This document shows positions 52,450 to 64,000 of a stretch of DNA of 64,000 nucleotides, in pieces. A program made the position numbers and the translations under genes. Every line of letters begins with the position of its first letter. Position 1 is the stretch's first letter. The DNA comes from Dipteris shenzhenensis (Eukaryota). The stretch lies in the NCBI GenBank assembly GCA_047967505.1, contig CM106538.1. One strand, given 5' to 3'. Below the pieces are notes generated by a model that saw only the letters and a list, made by a program, of their open reading frames with translations, made no database searches and was not told the DNA's origin.

Positions 52450-54896
52450 TTTAGTGAAAGATGTTTTCCTCATGAAGGATGATCACCTTTATGTGACTCT
52501 AGACATGTGGACAAAGGCTTGGAAGCGTGTCATGCCCCTCGTTATGCGGGACATCAGGGTATTTCTTCTACTACAGAAATATATTTCTTTGGCCAGCAAT
52601 GGGGAAAGATATACACAAGTGTGTGACGGAATGTCTCATGTGCGGAAGTGCAATCGGCACAAGACCCTAGGACTTCTCATGCTGCTGCCCATACCGTAGA
52701 GACCACAGGAGAGTAGCGGGACATCGGGGTATTGCTTCTACTATAGAAACATATGTCTTTTGGCCAGCAATGCGGAAAGATATACCCAAGTGTGTGATGG
52801 AATGTCTCATGTTGAAGTACAATCGGCACAAGACCCTAGGACTTCTCATGCTGCTGCCCATACCGTAGAGACCATGGGAGAGTATTGCTATGGACTACAT
52901 CTTTGATCTTCCTAGCTCTAGATACGAGAACTATGGGATATTGACAATCATTTTAGTAAGCTAGCCCACTTCATTCCAGTAGGAAAAACCATTAAGCTAG
53001 ACCGCATGGTGAGGTTGTTTCTAGCACAGGTTCTCAAACACCATGGGATGCCTAAGTCGATTGTTTGCATTGTTTGATAACATGGGTATGAAGTTGGATT
53101 TTTTATATCCATTTTATCCTCAGATGGACGGACAAAGTGAGAATGCCAATTCCACGGTATTGGGTCTTCTGTGTCCAAATAGAAGATCGAATGGAAAAAG
53201 TATCTTCCTTTTAATACAATAGTACTCTTCACAGCTCCACAAGGAAAACTCCATTCGAAGTCATTTATGGAAAGGTGATTTTGCCACCTATCCTCGAAAC
53301 AAAGAACTTCAGTTTGAAAAAGCACGTCCCATAAAGATGAAAGGGAAAGAACAAGTCTTGCCAAAGCTGTCTCCTAGATATTATTGTGAGCCCATTTATG
53401 ATGTCGTGTATCGACTAGAGTTACTCAAGACTTGGAAGATTCACAATTCTTTTTATGTGAGTTTTCTCAAGAACACTGGTATATCACACAGAAAAGAAAG
53501 AATTTAGAGGCAAGATTATTTGTAGATACCTTGTCAACTATTCAGCACTTGATACCAAGTGGGTAGATGAGGACTTCTTTTCAAAACATCCTCAAGTTTT
53601 GCAATTGTATCAAGAAGCTTTTCAGTTGAGGGCAACTGATTGGGATGCCACCATTTGGTGCTTCTCTCAAGAAATAAAGAATAATCTTTATTAGAATTGA
53701 CTTCAGTCAAATAATGTTAGTTTACTAAGAATAAGTTTTATTGTTTTACTTTCGCTTTGCATTAGTAAAAGAGAACTGGGGGATGTCCACGAGGAACTAA
53801 GATTAGTCCAAGGGCTAGGAATGCATGCATTTGCTAACCTTTAATGGGTTAAAGTGTTGGTGTTTGTGGAGGACTTGGAAGAGGCCCACAAATGATGGAG
53901 CGAGTGCCAAAAAGCAGATCCCACAAGGCCAAAAGCCAACAAGAAGATAGTGCCATTAAGGAGGACCCCACGGGGTTCTAAAAAGAGCATAAAAGCTGCC
54001 CCAAGGTGGGCTAAAAGTAGGAAAGCTTAGTTTAGCTTTAGAGAAGCAGGTCTAGCTTTTAGCAGGCCAAGTCTATAAAAGAAGTGGCCTCAGAGCTCCT
54101 AGATTCATTCAAGAGTTGTACTCAGCTTCATGGTCTTCTCATAGCAAGTTGTACAAATTTTATTTCTATTGCAATAAAGACCTTCGGAGGGTCTAACCCT
54201 TATTTTTGGGTCCTAGTGCTGTGTATTGTCTTCTTCTCTCTCTCCTAGACACCTTCTCTTGTTGCAAATTGCTTTTCCTGGTCTCTCCTCGCCTTACCCA
54301 CGGTGATGCAATTGATTCCAATGCAGGAGTCCTTTCCAGTTTGCATGCGTGAGCTTCCCATATAGAGAGAGAGAGAGATCCTGTTGCGTTTTGATTCCAG
54401 CCCCCAAAGGGGCTGAAAGGCTGCTGCGAATCGGGTTTCCAGTCCTCATCAGTATTCCAGACCGGCTGCGATTTGCAAGAGTCCAAGACCTGATTGCGAT
54501 TTGTTCTATAAGGCCAGCATCTGCTGCGATTTGATCCAGGGCTGCCGGATTGGATTGCAAACAGCCTCCTAGTTGCTGCGATTGTTTTACCAGGGGTGGT
54601 TTTGTTGTGCCCGGAGTTGGTTTCAGTGGATGGTGCAGAGATAAGTGGTGGAGCTTGCTTGGTGTTCGACAAAGGAGAATGTATTTGATCTCCTGACGAA
54701 GGCATTGTCTTGGTAGCAGCTTGAACATCTTCTTCAGTGTATGGGTATAGGCCCACAGCTAGGCACTAATTGGGGTTGTTTCAAAAGGGCAGTGTCTGCC
54801 TCTGAGCCCCTTTATTGTCAATTGTTTCCTTAGTCCCATTTTTATTCCTCAAAGTGTCAATCTATGAAAAAAGACATTCTTCCAGCTCACGTGACA
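52450..54896 (+). mobile_element. Ty3/Gypsy integrase-chromodomain fragment plus LTR
   Basis: IP*RPWESIAMDYIFDLP, HGMPKSIV, PFEVIYG, YRLELLKTWKIHN; chromo-like RYLVNYSALDTKWVDEDFF. The following non-coding region has tataaaa/aataaa and ends cacgtgaca (54896). Confidence 0.75.
52546..52884. repeat. ~170-bp tandem duplication within integrase
   Basis: gcgggacatc.gggtatt at 52546 and 52716. Confidence 0.9.
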
Positions 54897-55247
54897 CTAA
54901 CAAGGAGGGAGGAACTTCACCACATCTTTCCCACAATAGCCAACAAACGATGGAGCCCATGGAAAGCCTACATTGCTTTTTCCAAGCTTTGGGAAACACA
55001 TCTCACATCTTCGTGTTGTTTGGTTGGAGTATCTGACAGACATTGGCTCATTTTGCAGGCTTGATAGGTTTTAAGGACTTATCTTTTCATGGTTTTATGT
55101 ACTTTTAGTTGGCTGGCTCTTTGAAAAATAGAGTTATCTATTTATTAGTCTGGAGTTATGGTGGTTTTTGTAGGAAATTGTGGTTAGTCATGGAAGTGTT
55201 TGGACTTTTTCAAAGCTGATATGCTCTTGTTTTCTATGTAATGTCAG

Positions 55248-55291
55248 GTCTTAGTGCTGCAGACCGTGCAGGTTTAGCCAGTGTTCTGAAG
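55248..55291 (+). CDS. NAP1: Nucleosome assembly protein 1, coding exon 2 (44 nt)
   Basis: Acceptor ttgttttctatgtaatgtcag|, exon (G)LSAADRAGLASVLK, donor |gtgagc. Phase joins exon 1 exactly and matches plant NAP1 LSAEDRAGLVNALK. Confidence 0.85.
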
Positions 55292-55612
55292 GTGAGCTTC
55301 ATTATGGTATTTCTGAGCTAGTACTTGACATGAGTGATAAAAACTTCCAAAATGATAAGACTGTTTCTTGGGATCCCATCCAACATGAGCAGCACAGTTT
55401 CTTCCGCTTCCTTCCATTATAAGTTTTCAACTCTCGTTTTTGTCATGTGTTGCCTGATTCTAGCATTAACAGCAGGTGAATGCAAAAAGGCCAAGTGGTA
55501 AGAAGGGAAAAAATGATTAGATGTGATGGCTTTTTTCACGTTAATATAAAACTGTTGATTCAAAAGGTGTGTCTTAGTCCACTGGCATCTCCTCCTTAAA
55601 TTGCTGTGTGAG

Positions 55613-56016
55613 TTTTCTAGATGACCTTTAGTTTTGTCAGTTCATAGGAGACCTCAGCTGTATGCATGGGGCTTGGATGTAAGGCCAGGGTGGACTGGAT
55701 TTGTGTGCACGATAAGCTCAATACACTTCAATGGAGGGGGTCTGTTTGGTATGTTGTAAATAAATTATAGTTTGCTGCACTTGGACTAAAGAGACATGTA
55801 TGAGTGTATAGAGCTTTTCTAGATGACTTTTAGTTTTGTCAGTTCATAGGAGCACCTCAGCTGTATGCATGGGGCTTGGATGTAAGGCCAGGGTGGACTG
55901 GATTTGTGTGCACGATAAGCTCAATACAGTTCAATGGAGGGGGTCTGTTTGGTATGTTGTAAATAAATTATAGTTTGCTCCACTTGGACTAAAGAGACAT
56001 GCATGAGTGTATAGAG
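55613..56016. repeat. ~202-bp tandem duplication in intron 2
   Basis: ttttctagatgac at 55613 and 55815; near-identical copies. Confidence 0.95.
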
Positions 56017-57049
56017 ATTTTTTACCTTGAAAGTTTGCAGTTTTCAGTTTTTCTGTGTGAGGATTGACATGTTATAGTCTTATAGCCCTAGTTAGTGGCC
56101 CTTGTGATCATCTTATCATCTTGGAACTGTATGTTGTGCTGGGTACTACTCTTCTATTTAAGGTCAGGTCATTTGTAGGAGTAGACTAGGACTCCACAGT
56201 TCTTCGATTGCCTGTAGCCCAGACCACTATGCACAGTGGAAAATATAGATTACTAGCCCACAAGATCACATACTGATATGGATCCTACTCTGTGTATGCA
56301 CACAAGCATGTATGATAAACTCAATGCTCAGATCTGAAGATAGAGTGTGATATATAGTAACCAAAGCTTCAATAGGTTTCCGCAGATGGGACCAGAAGAT
56401 AACTACGAGTCCTGGGCCAAAATGCCTTCCTTCAGCACCCTTTATATATCTGTGGAGCTTTATTTAGGGGTGAACCCCTTCCCGACCAGAACAGATTGGC
56501 CGACTCATGTCACAGACTGCCATGCACCCTCCCTTTTGTGGCCTCTAATGGCCCACTAGCAGGTGCCACATGCTGGGTCTCCATCCAGCACCGTAGAGCA
56601 CCCAATGAGCCGCATATCCCAGCCAATGTGCCCTGTCAAGGGCTTATGTACAGCCTTATTGTGGGCAGCACCATAACTGTCCCAATATGGGACTGATCTG
56701 AACTCTATAGCTCCTAATCTGCAAAACCACCAAGTGTTAGCAAGGGCCTTTTTGGGGGAGCTGGGCTGGTCATCTGGGGCATACATGCTCATGCATTTAC
56801 TGATTTCCACTATCTGAACTGCTGTCCACTGTCAATGGGAGCAACGCATTGAATGCATTTTCCAAATGATTGTGTCCTCATGAGACCACATACAGCGCTG
56901 TGAATGAGCTGTAATTTCTTGTCAGCTCTGACTAATTCATCCTTAGAGAAAGCATTCCGATGCATTTTGCTCAAAATGCATCCCTTACATACATGCTGGG
57001 AGTTGATTCTAGAAAGGCATATTTAGTGACATTTTTTGTCTGTGCAATA

Positions 57050-58200
57050 GCTAAACTTGCATAGCTTACATGGCCAAATCTTGCATACCATAAACTATGC
57101 CTCTTTCACGGCAGGAGTAGATTGTTGCCAAACAAGCATCATGCTTGCTGTCAAATCCGTCCAGCTGGTATAATGCCTAGGGACAAGTGCCAATATTGAC
57201 CATCTGATAATCTTTTTCATGGCCCTTGACTGTACACTTGCCATCTAGCCATCCTCAAATGTGACAGCATGACCTCTTTTCCCCGAAGAGGAATCTGAAA
57301 GAATATTCTTCTTAATCCCTGGTACATGATCAGTCCCATCAACTGATGACAGCATTATCTTCCCAACTCCTCTAACACGATGAGAAGAATTGGTGGCACA
57401 GGACAAGTTTCAGCCACATTGAGTGATGCAACTTCCTATCTGGCATCATAATGCACACAACAAAATTGCAGTAATGGGGCTTGCTTGCATCAACCTTTAC
57501 TTTATTTGACTGCTGTCTTGAAGTAGCCTTTGACTGAAAAGCACTTGAAGTTTTACCTTTGCCCTTTGTCATTGGCAACAAATGCTTGATCATTGCCATG
57601 CATTGATGGATATTTACTCTTGTTTGTTTCTTACAACAGGAAACTCACTTACTTCTCAAACTTAAGGGGCTGAGCATCACCCCTCAAAGACAAATCAAGA
57701 GAATTTGTGAAATGTTTGGTATGTCTCTGGCAATGATAACAAAATCATAGAATTCAGTTTCTTCTTAGGAATAACTTTAAGAGTATTTAGGAGCAGGTCC
57801 CAAAGATCCTGGATCTTTGTAAGATGATCAGTCATGCTGTCACATCTTCAAATTTTCAAGCTCCTTGAGAAAAGCAATTTTTGCATCATCGTTGGCTTGA
57901 AGCAGGCTATCAAGAATCTCCCATGCATGCTGCGAACTTGACTGATATAGAGATCACAACTAAGGCCTGAACATCGCGTGAATCCCACCTTCTTTGATCT
58001 TGTGGGAGCTGAAGGTCATACATTTTGCTGTCCACCTCTGACAGGTGTGGTGCAACATCGACGAAGCTCACCCACTAACATATCCCCATAAATTCTTCGC
58101 CATCAACAGATTGTTCCATCCAACATGTCCTCTTGTACTAAAATCCCAATGCATCTCCTCCGCCATTCTGCAAACACAAATTCAAAAAATACTTGCAGTC
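57050..58200 (-). mobile_element. Ty1/Copia gag-protease remnant
   Basis: On -: ELENLKM, SMTDHLTKIQDL and HVPGIKKNILS (cf. VP.L..NLLS). Confidence 0.7.
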
Positions 58201-59699
58201 TGTAAAAATTACCCTGAATCTACACTCAATCCAAGTGATTTAAATTGCAGGAACGACTGGATCTGCAAATCTATTTGGAATATGAAAAAGCCCTAAAAAT
58301 TGCAATGCCATCAAGGCACAATACTGCAAACGCCCCAATGTACTGACTGAATTTGCCTGCAAATATGGAAGCATACAACCACCACATATAACGAACGGGC
58401 TGCAGGTTGGAGGTGTGGAATCATATGGTTGTATGAATGGGCCCCGCAGTGCGTAGAATGGTGACGAAGCTGGTCTTGCACATATTGAGCCAGCGTTGGG
58501 CTGGGAGGACTAATGGAGCAAGCAGGTCGTGTACAATACTGAGGTGATGGCAGATGAATGGAGCGATAGAAAGCAGATCGCACATAGTATGGTTGTACGG
58601 AAGAGTATGGTTGTATTGAGAATGAAAGAGTTACAAAGGATGACCAAAATGAGGAATATATACTCTACAAAGGAAGCTTACCTGATACTAAAACTAGGGA
58701 AAACAACCTACTAATTGGAGGGAAAACTGTCCCATGGGTGTGTTCACACCACATATTTTTAAGATCCTCAGACCAAGTCTCTTCTCTTTGATTCTTTGGT
58801 CCGTCTAGTTGGTATACATGGCAGCCCATGTTGGGGCTGTAATTTATGTCAAGGTGGAAAGGCTCCAAGTTCTTTCACTAGCACAGACGATATGCAATAA
58901 GTTGTCAATCCGATACTAGATCATCTTGGCTGAGTTCGCCGTCCCCCCACTGTAGCATTCTAGGTGATCATATATGGGAGAGGATGTCTTTCATGTTTCT
59001 TCCCACGGATTATGTATTGAGACTAGACGGGCCTAGGGCATAGGCCACATTTGCACTCTATGGGATCTATAGGAGGATGAGTCAGAGAAGCACCATTGTC
59101 TTTTGAGAGAGAAATTCGGAGCCCTCTCTAGCCTCTTGGTTCACCTAAATCAGAGACGATTGATGATCGTTACTTTCGAGGCTATACGACACAGAAACTA
59201 GCTGCTCAAGACATGATAACGAGATAGGGATAGCACGGATGAGCAGTTATCAGAGAGATGGCGCACCCGAGAGAGAGACCTGACACACCTTCAGTTTGTT
59301 GCTGCATGGATGAGGCTTCCCTTCATATTCACCGGACCAGGGACAGTCAACGGGGATTGCTTGCCAGAGAGCAGCTACGAGGAGAGCACAACATGCCACT
59401 CTGGTTGATCGACGTTAGTATCACAGGTTTTATCCTACAACTTTTGTGCACCTTTTCTTTTTCAAATCCATGTCTTGCTTTTTCATCCGAGAACAATCAA
59501 AATGCATAGTACGCCTTAGCGAGCCCTCTGCTTCAGGCCACAGTGGCTTGTATGAGTTGCTCTATGATTGCACTTTGTCTCATAGGCCCAAGAGGCCTCT
59601 CAAAGATTGTAATAGATCTCTCTCCCCCCCCCCCCCCCTTTTATGGACATGCTCTACCAGACATGGGTAGGATACATGATCTTATCGTCTATCATGGCC

Positions 59700-62600
59700 T
59701 AGATTGTTGGCCCTCCTCAGGCGGGTTCACATGCTTCCCACACTCCAACGTTGACTACCTCGTGGGATGTCCTACCTTTACTTCACATATTACTAACTTC
59801 TTTGTCTCACCACCACCCCTAGGAGCAGACCAGCCAAATGGCAACGAGGATGGCTCTCCATGAGAGTCAGAGATTGTGATTGCTGGTAGTACATTGAGGG
59901 GACTTGGTGGCCTCCCATCAACAAGCTGTAGAGCGGGCGACCAAGTGTTTGAAGCAATGATGTTGGTCATCGTCTACCAAACACTGTCATCTAGAAAAGA
60001 AATTGGACGCTATCAAGAAGGGGGAGTCGAATCCTATCTTGATTCGGAAGACCCTCTGTTCTTGGATCCTGTAAGCTGGCGTGACAGTGTCAATGGAGAC
60101 GGCTTGGCCTCCCTTTGTCGATTGGGCTGCTGTGTCCTAAGCAAAGACCCACTGCACTCTTATGTCCTAGCCTCTATCATGCAGGCCCTTGCCATAATTT
60201 TGGCTGCAGGGCAGCTCCATAAGAAGTGTGGTATTGTATCAAGATCACTATTTGAGCATTGGTGGCACCTTCCATCAATGCCCATTTGCTCCGTGGAGGG
60301 GTAGTCTCACAGTGGGCAGTCGTTCGGAAGAAGTAAGTATCCAAATTTCTCTTCTAGTACGCTAATTTGGGAAATCAAATCCCTTCGCTTGGTTCTTGCT
60401 TTGGAAGGGGTGGGCCCTCCCTCAACAAGAGGTACTATCAAGACCCGTCGTGCCCAAAAGTGACCGGTGTTGGATCATAGGTCTAGGGCCCCATCCATCT
60501 GAGTGTTTCTATCAGACTCTGGTTGGAGAAGCCCCCCCCGGCCCCAGTCTACAATCCTTGGAGTGGAAGGCGGGAAGACCACTCAAGCTTTGAAATAATT
60601 GGGCCGGGCCACTGTCTCATTGCACCCAACCAATATGCGCCCGTCGTCCAAACATGTGGCCCTTGTGTCGTGAACCTCTAGATGCCAAAGAAGGGAATGA
60701 CCCTCAAACCCCTCTCAGCCTCGAGGGTTGGCCCATTTGAGTTGTCTTGACAACCGTTACCACACCCTATGTAGACTTCTCTTCGATGGTGAATCCGTTT
60801 CAGTGAGTGGGACCTTTTTGAAGTTGCCACTAACCATTTGTGTGGGGGGTGTTCTGGAGAAGCCCATGATGTAGCAAGAGCTTCTAGGACTTTAAGCCTG
60901 GAGTGAGTCAACACAGAGCTAGCTTGTCCAAAAGGACTTTGCTTTGTATCCCCAGGTTGCTGATGCCAAGTCCTCCCTCTACTTGGGGCAAGATCATCAT
61001 CTGCTAGGCTATCCTGGCTCTAGGGATCCTTGTCTAGGGAGGTGTGTTCCCTCAACCGGTAAGGAAGGTTGCTTCCTCGCTATTGTGGAGAAATAACTTG
61101 TGCAGGAACTCTTTTCCTTGCACCTGCCATTCGGTTGTGCCTACAAGAAGCTGTGTACCAAGTGCATGAGCTGTCCCATGCATTCATTGTGAAAACACTA
61201 GCACGAGGCTATGTACTAGGTAGTGGTCAGAGGACTTGCTTGGTCACGAGGGCTCGTCTTGCTAGGGAGAGTTTGGCTGAGCTCTAGTACAAAAGCTTGC
61301 GCTCTAGCATAGGGGCAATCTGTTGCTCATTGAAATGTCAATATCCACCTGGCAGCTTAAGTACCTTGCTATTTGACCTTGTGGGATGGAGTGGAAGTCA
61401 AGAGCGCCTCCCCCTTCCCCCCAATCCACAATATTTTGAACCTTCGTGGTCAACATGAGGAAGCCTAGTGGTTTGCTCTAGTTGATCCTGGCTTCAGATG
61501 CTTAGCAGTGGCAAGCTTGCCACACTAAGCAAGAGAGAGAGAAGGCCTCCTGGCCCTCGACAAGCATTTGGCTATCACTCCTTGTATATAAGGCTGCAAG
61601 GAATCTAGTGCTCCGAGAAGCCCATCCTCCTCATGGTGGGCTCGAGAAGAGGCCAATCCACCTCGCCATAAGCCTTCTCGAAATCCAAGGAACGACTGCA
61701 GCCCAATCCACTGCCTTTCAAAACGCGAAGTTGTTGTCTAGGATGCGCTCTTGAACAAAACCTGTTTGAGTGTAATAGATGATGTCAGCAAGAAGCGAAA
61801 GCTCAAGACCTTGGCTAAGATCTTGTAAACAGTACTGAGTCCCTCGAGAGATTCTAGTCAAAGGAGGAGACCCTACAGGTTCTCACAACTAGTGCATCTT
61901 TTTGGACACACACCCCTTCCATGGTCTCCCTGGGGCATGAGCATTGAGTAGATAGTTCGAAACGTAGATTTGGCCACCCATGTTGCGTAGCCGTTGGAGC
62001 TAGGTCTTTGCTACTGTGGGCCAATGGTATGAAATAACTGCCTAGTCATCCTATCCCCTTGTTGGACCTAGCATGCCTTGGAGCAGTGGTCAGGGAACTC
62101 TTCTCTGTGGATCTCTGTGGCTTGAAGGTCAAGGCACACGCTCTCATACTTTTTACAAGCTTGGGAGACTGGGTCCTACTCCTTGAGTCTCTCTATGGAA
62201 GCCAAGTGATGTCCCAATGCTCTCTCCCTCTCATGAAGGAATGTCGCCTCTAAAGGGCTTGTGACTGTAGTTGCTCGCTACTCCTTTGGATTGTTGCTAT
62301 TGTCCCCCAACTGGCCCAAGTGTCCTGGGGGGCACTACTGCTAGATCTTTGCTATGTCTTGCTGAACCAGTAACAAGGCATCGAGGATCCGCACTTGCTA
62401 TGAAGCACTATCAAGGATTGATCTGACGTTGTCGTCCTAGCTAGGATCCTTGTGGCTCCTCCTTTGTGCATTGCCCACTCCCCCATCCTTGAGCCAATCT
62501 AGACCACTTGTCCTCCTATTTGATCATAAACATTTGTGGCCGTGGGCTACATGCGCCCCCGCCCCCCCCTCCCAAACCAACTCTTGCCTACTGTTGGGGA

Positions 62601-63230
62601 TAAAATCTTCGGCACTTGCCTCGAGAGGAGTGGCACCATTCTCTCAACTCTGATGTTGGAGACTGAGAACATATGCTCCATAAGAACGTCAATAGAACGA
62701 CCCATAGTTCACGAGGAAGAGTTAACTTCTGCGGTTGCTAATGCAGGCATCGCATGTAGGTAGTGCATTTTCCAATTGGCAAACAATGCCCTCCTATGCG
62801 TGGAAGCTTGTGTGGCGATCGTCGACTTCTGCGACTTCGGGAAGTAATCTGCATTCGTGTGATGGTGCACTAAAGGCATAAATGGTGAAGAGAATGGGGG
62901 TTCTCTTGTGGATGGGAAGTTGAAATGCCAAAAAGGACGGTGACACGATCCTGCAAGATTTGACTGTAACACTGACCTGGAAACTCGTCCTCAATCTAAC
63001 CATAATCAAAGCGAAGGTGCCTCGATCCTCTCGACGTCCCTCGAGCACATGGTTTAGAGCTCGACTCATCCATAGGCCCGTTTCTAACCCAAGCGTCCCA
63101 TACCACTTGAGCCTGTTCAGAGGACCCTCGATACACCACCTCTCATTCGCCATGGAGATGGCTAGAGTCCCGGCTTGGGTCCAAGCCTCATCTATCAATT
63201 GAGGAGCACTCAACTGAACTCCACGATAGC
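59700..63230 (-). mobile_element. Degraded L1-type LINE (ORF1 and ORF2 RT)
   Basis: On -: STVYKILAKVL (~61830), QTGFVQERILDN (~61760), LDFEKAYGEVDW (~61680); ORF1-like fragments at 62709-63213. 3' limit approximate. Confidence 0.85.
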
Positions 63231-64000
63231 ACTGGCCCTCCCTCTATATAGAAGGAAACCCGCTATAGATAGCACGATGCTATGAATAGCTCCCTCCATA
63301 TAAAGTGAGCACTATATATGAATCAATCTCTATATATAGCAATCTCGGCTAAAAATAGCCATCCAGCCATGTGCTATCCCGTAACCCATGTTCACCTGTT
63401 GTCCAACCCTAGGTACATTATGCACAGGACATACTCCCCTTCCTCTAAGAACTCACTCCTGAGTTCACCAGAAAGCCCAAAAACTCTGTGTTTAGTCAAT
63501 GCCAATAACTAAATTGTGACTATCAGATTGAGTGTGCTAGACTTTCCATGAGAGTGTAATCATGGAGAATCCAAGGCCGGAGCCACAATCTTTGATAACC
63601 AACTCAAGAAAAGTAAATCTCTCAACCTGAACAAGGTTACGTATCTTCGAGGAGTGTTCTCGAGTAACTCTTGAATCCACAGAGTTTGTTCCTTTGACAT
63701 ATATGTACACAAGCATGGTAAAATTCAAAGCTGAAGGTAAATGATTCTGTCAACCTTATCTATTGAGTTCTAACTTTTGCATTCGTGGAGAATTATTCAT
63801 CATGCTGAATATCATTAAACTCAAAATCTTAGGTTGATACAAGGGAATCATTGTTCTAACAACGCCATCAATTGAACCTCTCGAGGTTAATTTTTGGGTT
63901 GTAATTTCGATCAATGAATTACCTGGTATTCAGAAAGAAAATCCATCAATTGAATATCCTTGTAATTCAAAATCTTGGGTTGAAACTTATGACAGACTTT

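Noticed and set aside
54193-54756. 187-aa and 144-aa minus-strand ORFs
   Set aside because: Within a repetitive GC-rich LTR segment; no domain recognised.
55292-64000. NAP1 exon 3
   Set aside because: No AG-preceded frame resembling KLQ.LAGQ..D.LE.L found by eye; probably beyond the window.

Overview
Repeat-dense, CpG-depleted nuclear DNA of a land plant. The long TE-filled introns and GA/GT microsatellites look fern-like, but the species cannot be fixed from sequence alone. Only one apparently intact host gene is visible: the first two coding exons of a nucleosome assembly protein 1 (NAP1) gene on + (41387-41450 and 55248-55291). They are separated by a 13.8-kb intron packed with nested LTR retrotransposon remnants, and intron 2 (Copia and LINE remnants) runs off the window. 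The rest comprises a P-class PPR pseudogene (~20.1-21.3 kb), a complete but decayed chromovirus Ty3/Gypsy element (29220-36078, TATCA target-site duplication) nested in a Tat/Ogre-like element, older related LTRs, and LINE/Copia/gag fragments. The most unusual part is 3.9-13.0 kb. It holds a degraded Penelope-like reverse transcriptase of the Naiad/Chlamys (CxC-linker) type with a long unassigned N-terminal region. This is bracketed by two ~1.3-kb direct repeats that each end in a (GT)n microsatellite, and lies next to a ~1.3-kb island lacking CpG depletion. All alignments, translations and counts were done by eye; boundaries of degraded elements are approximate.
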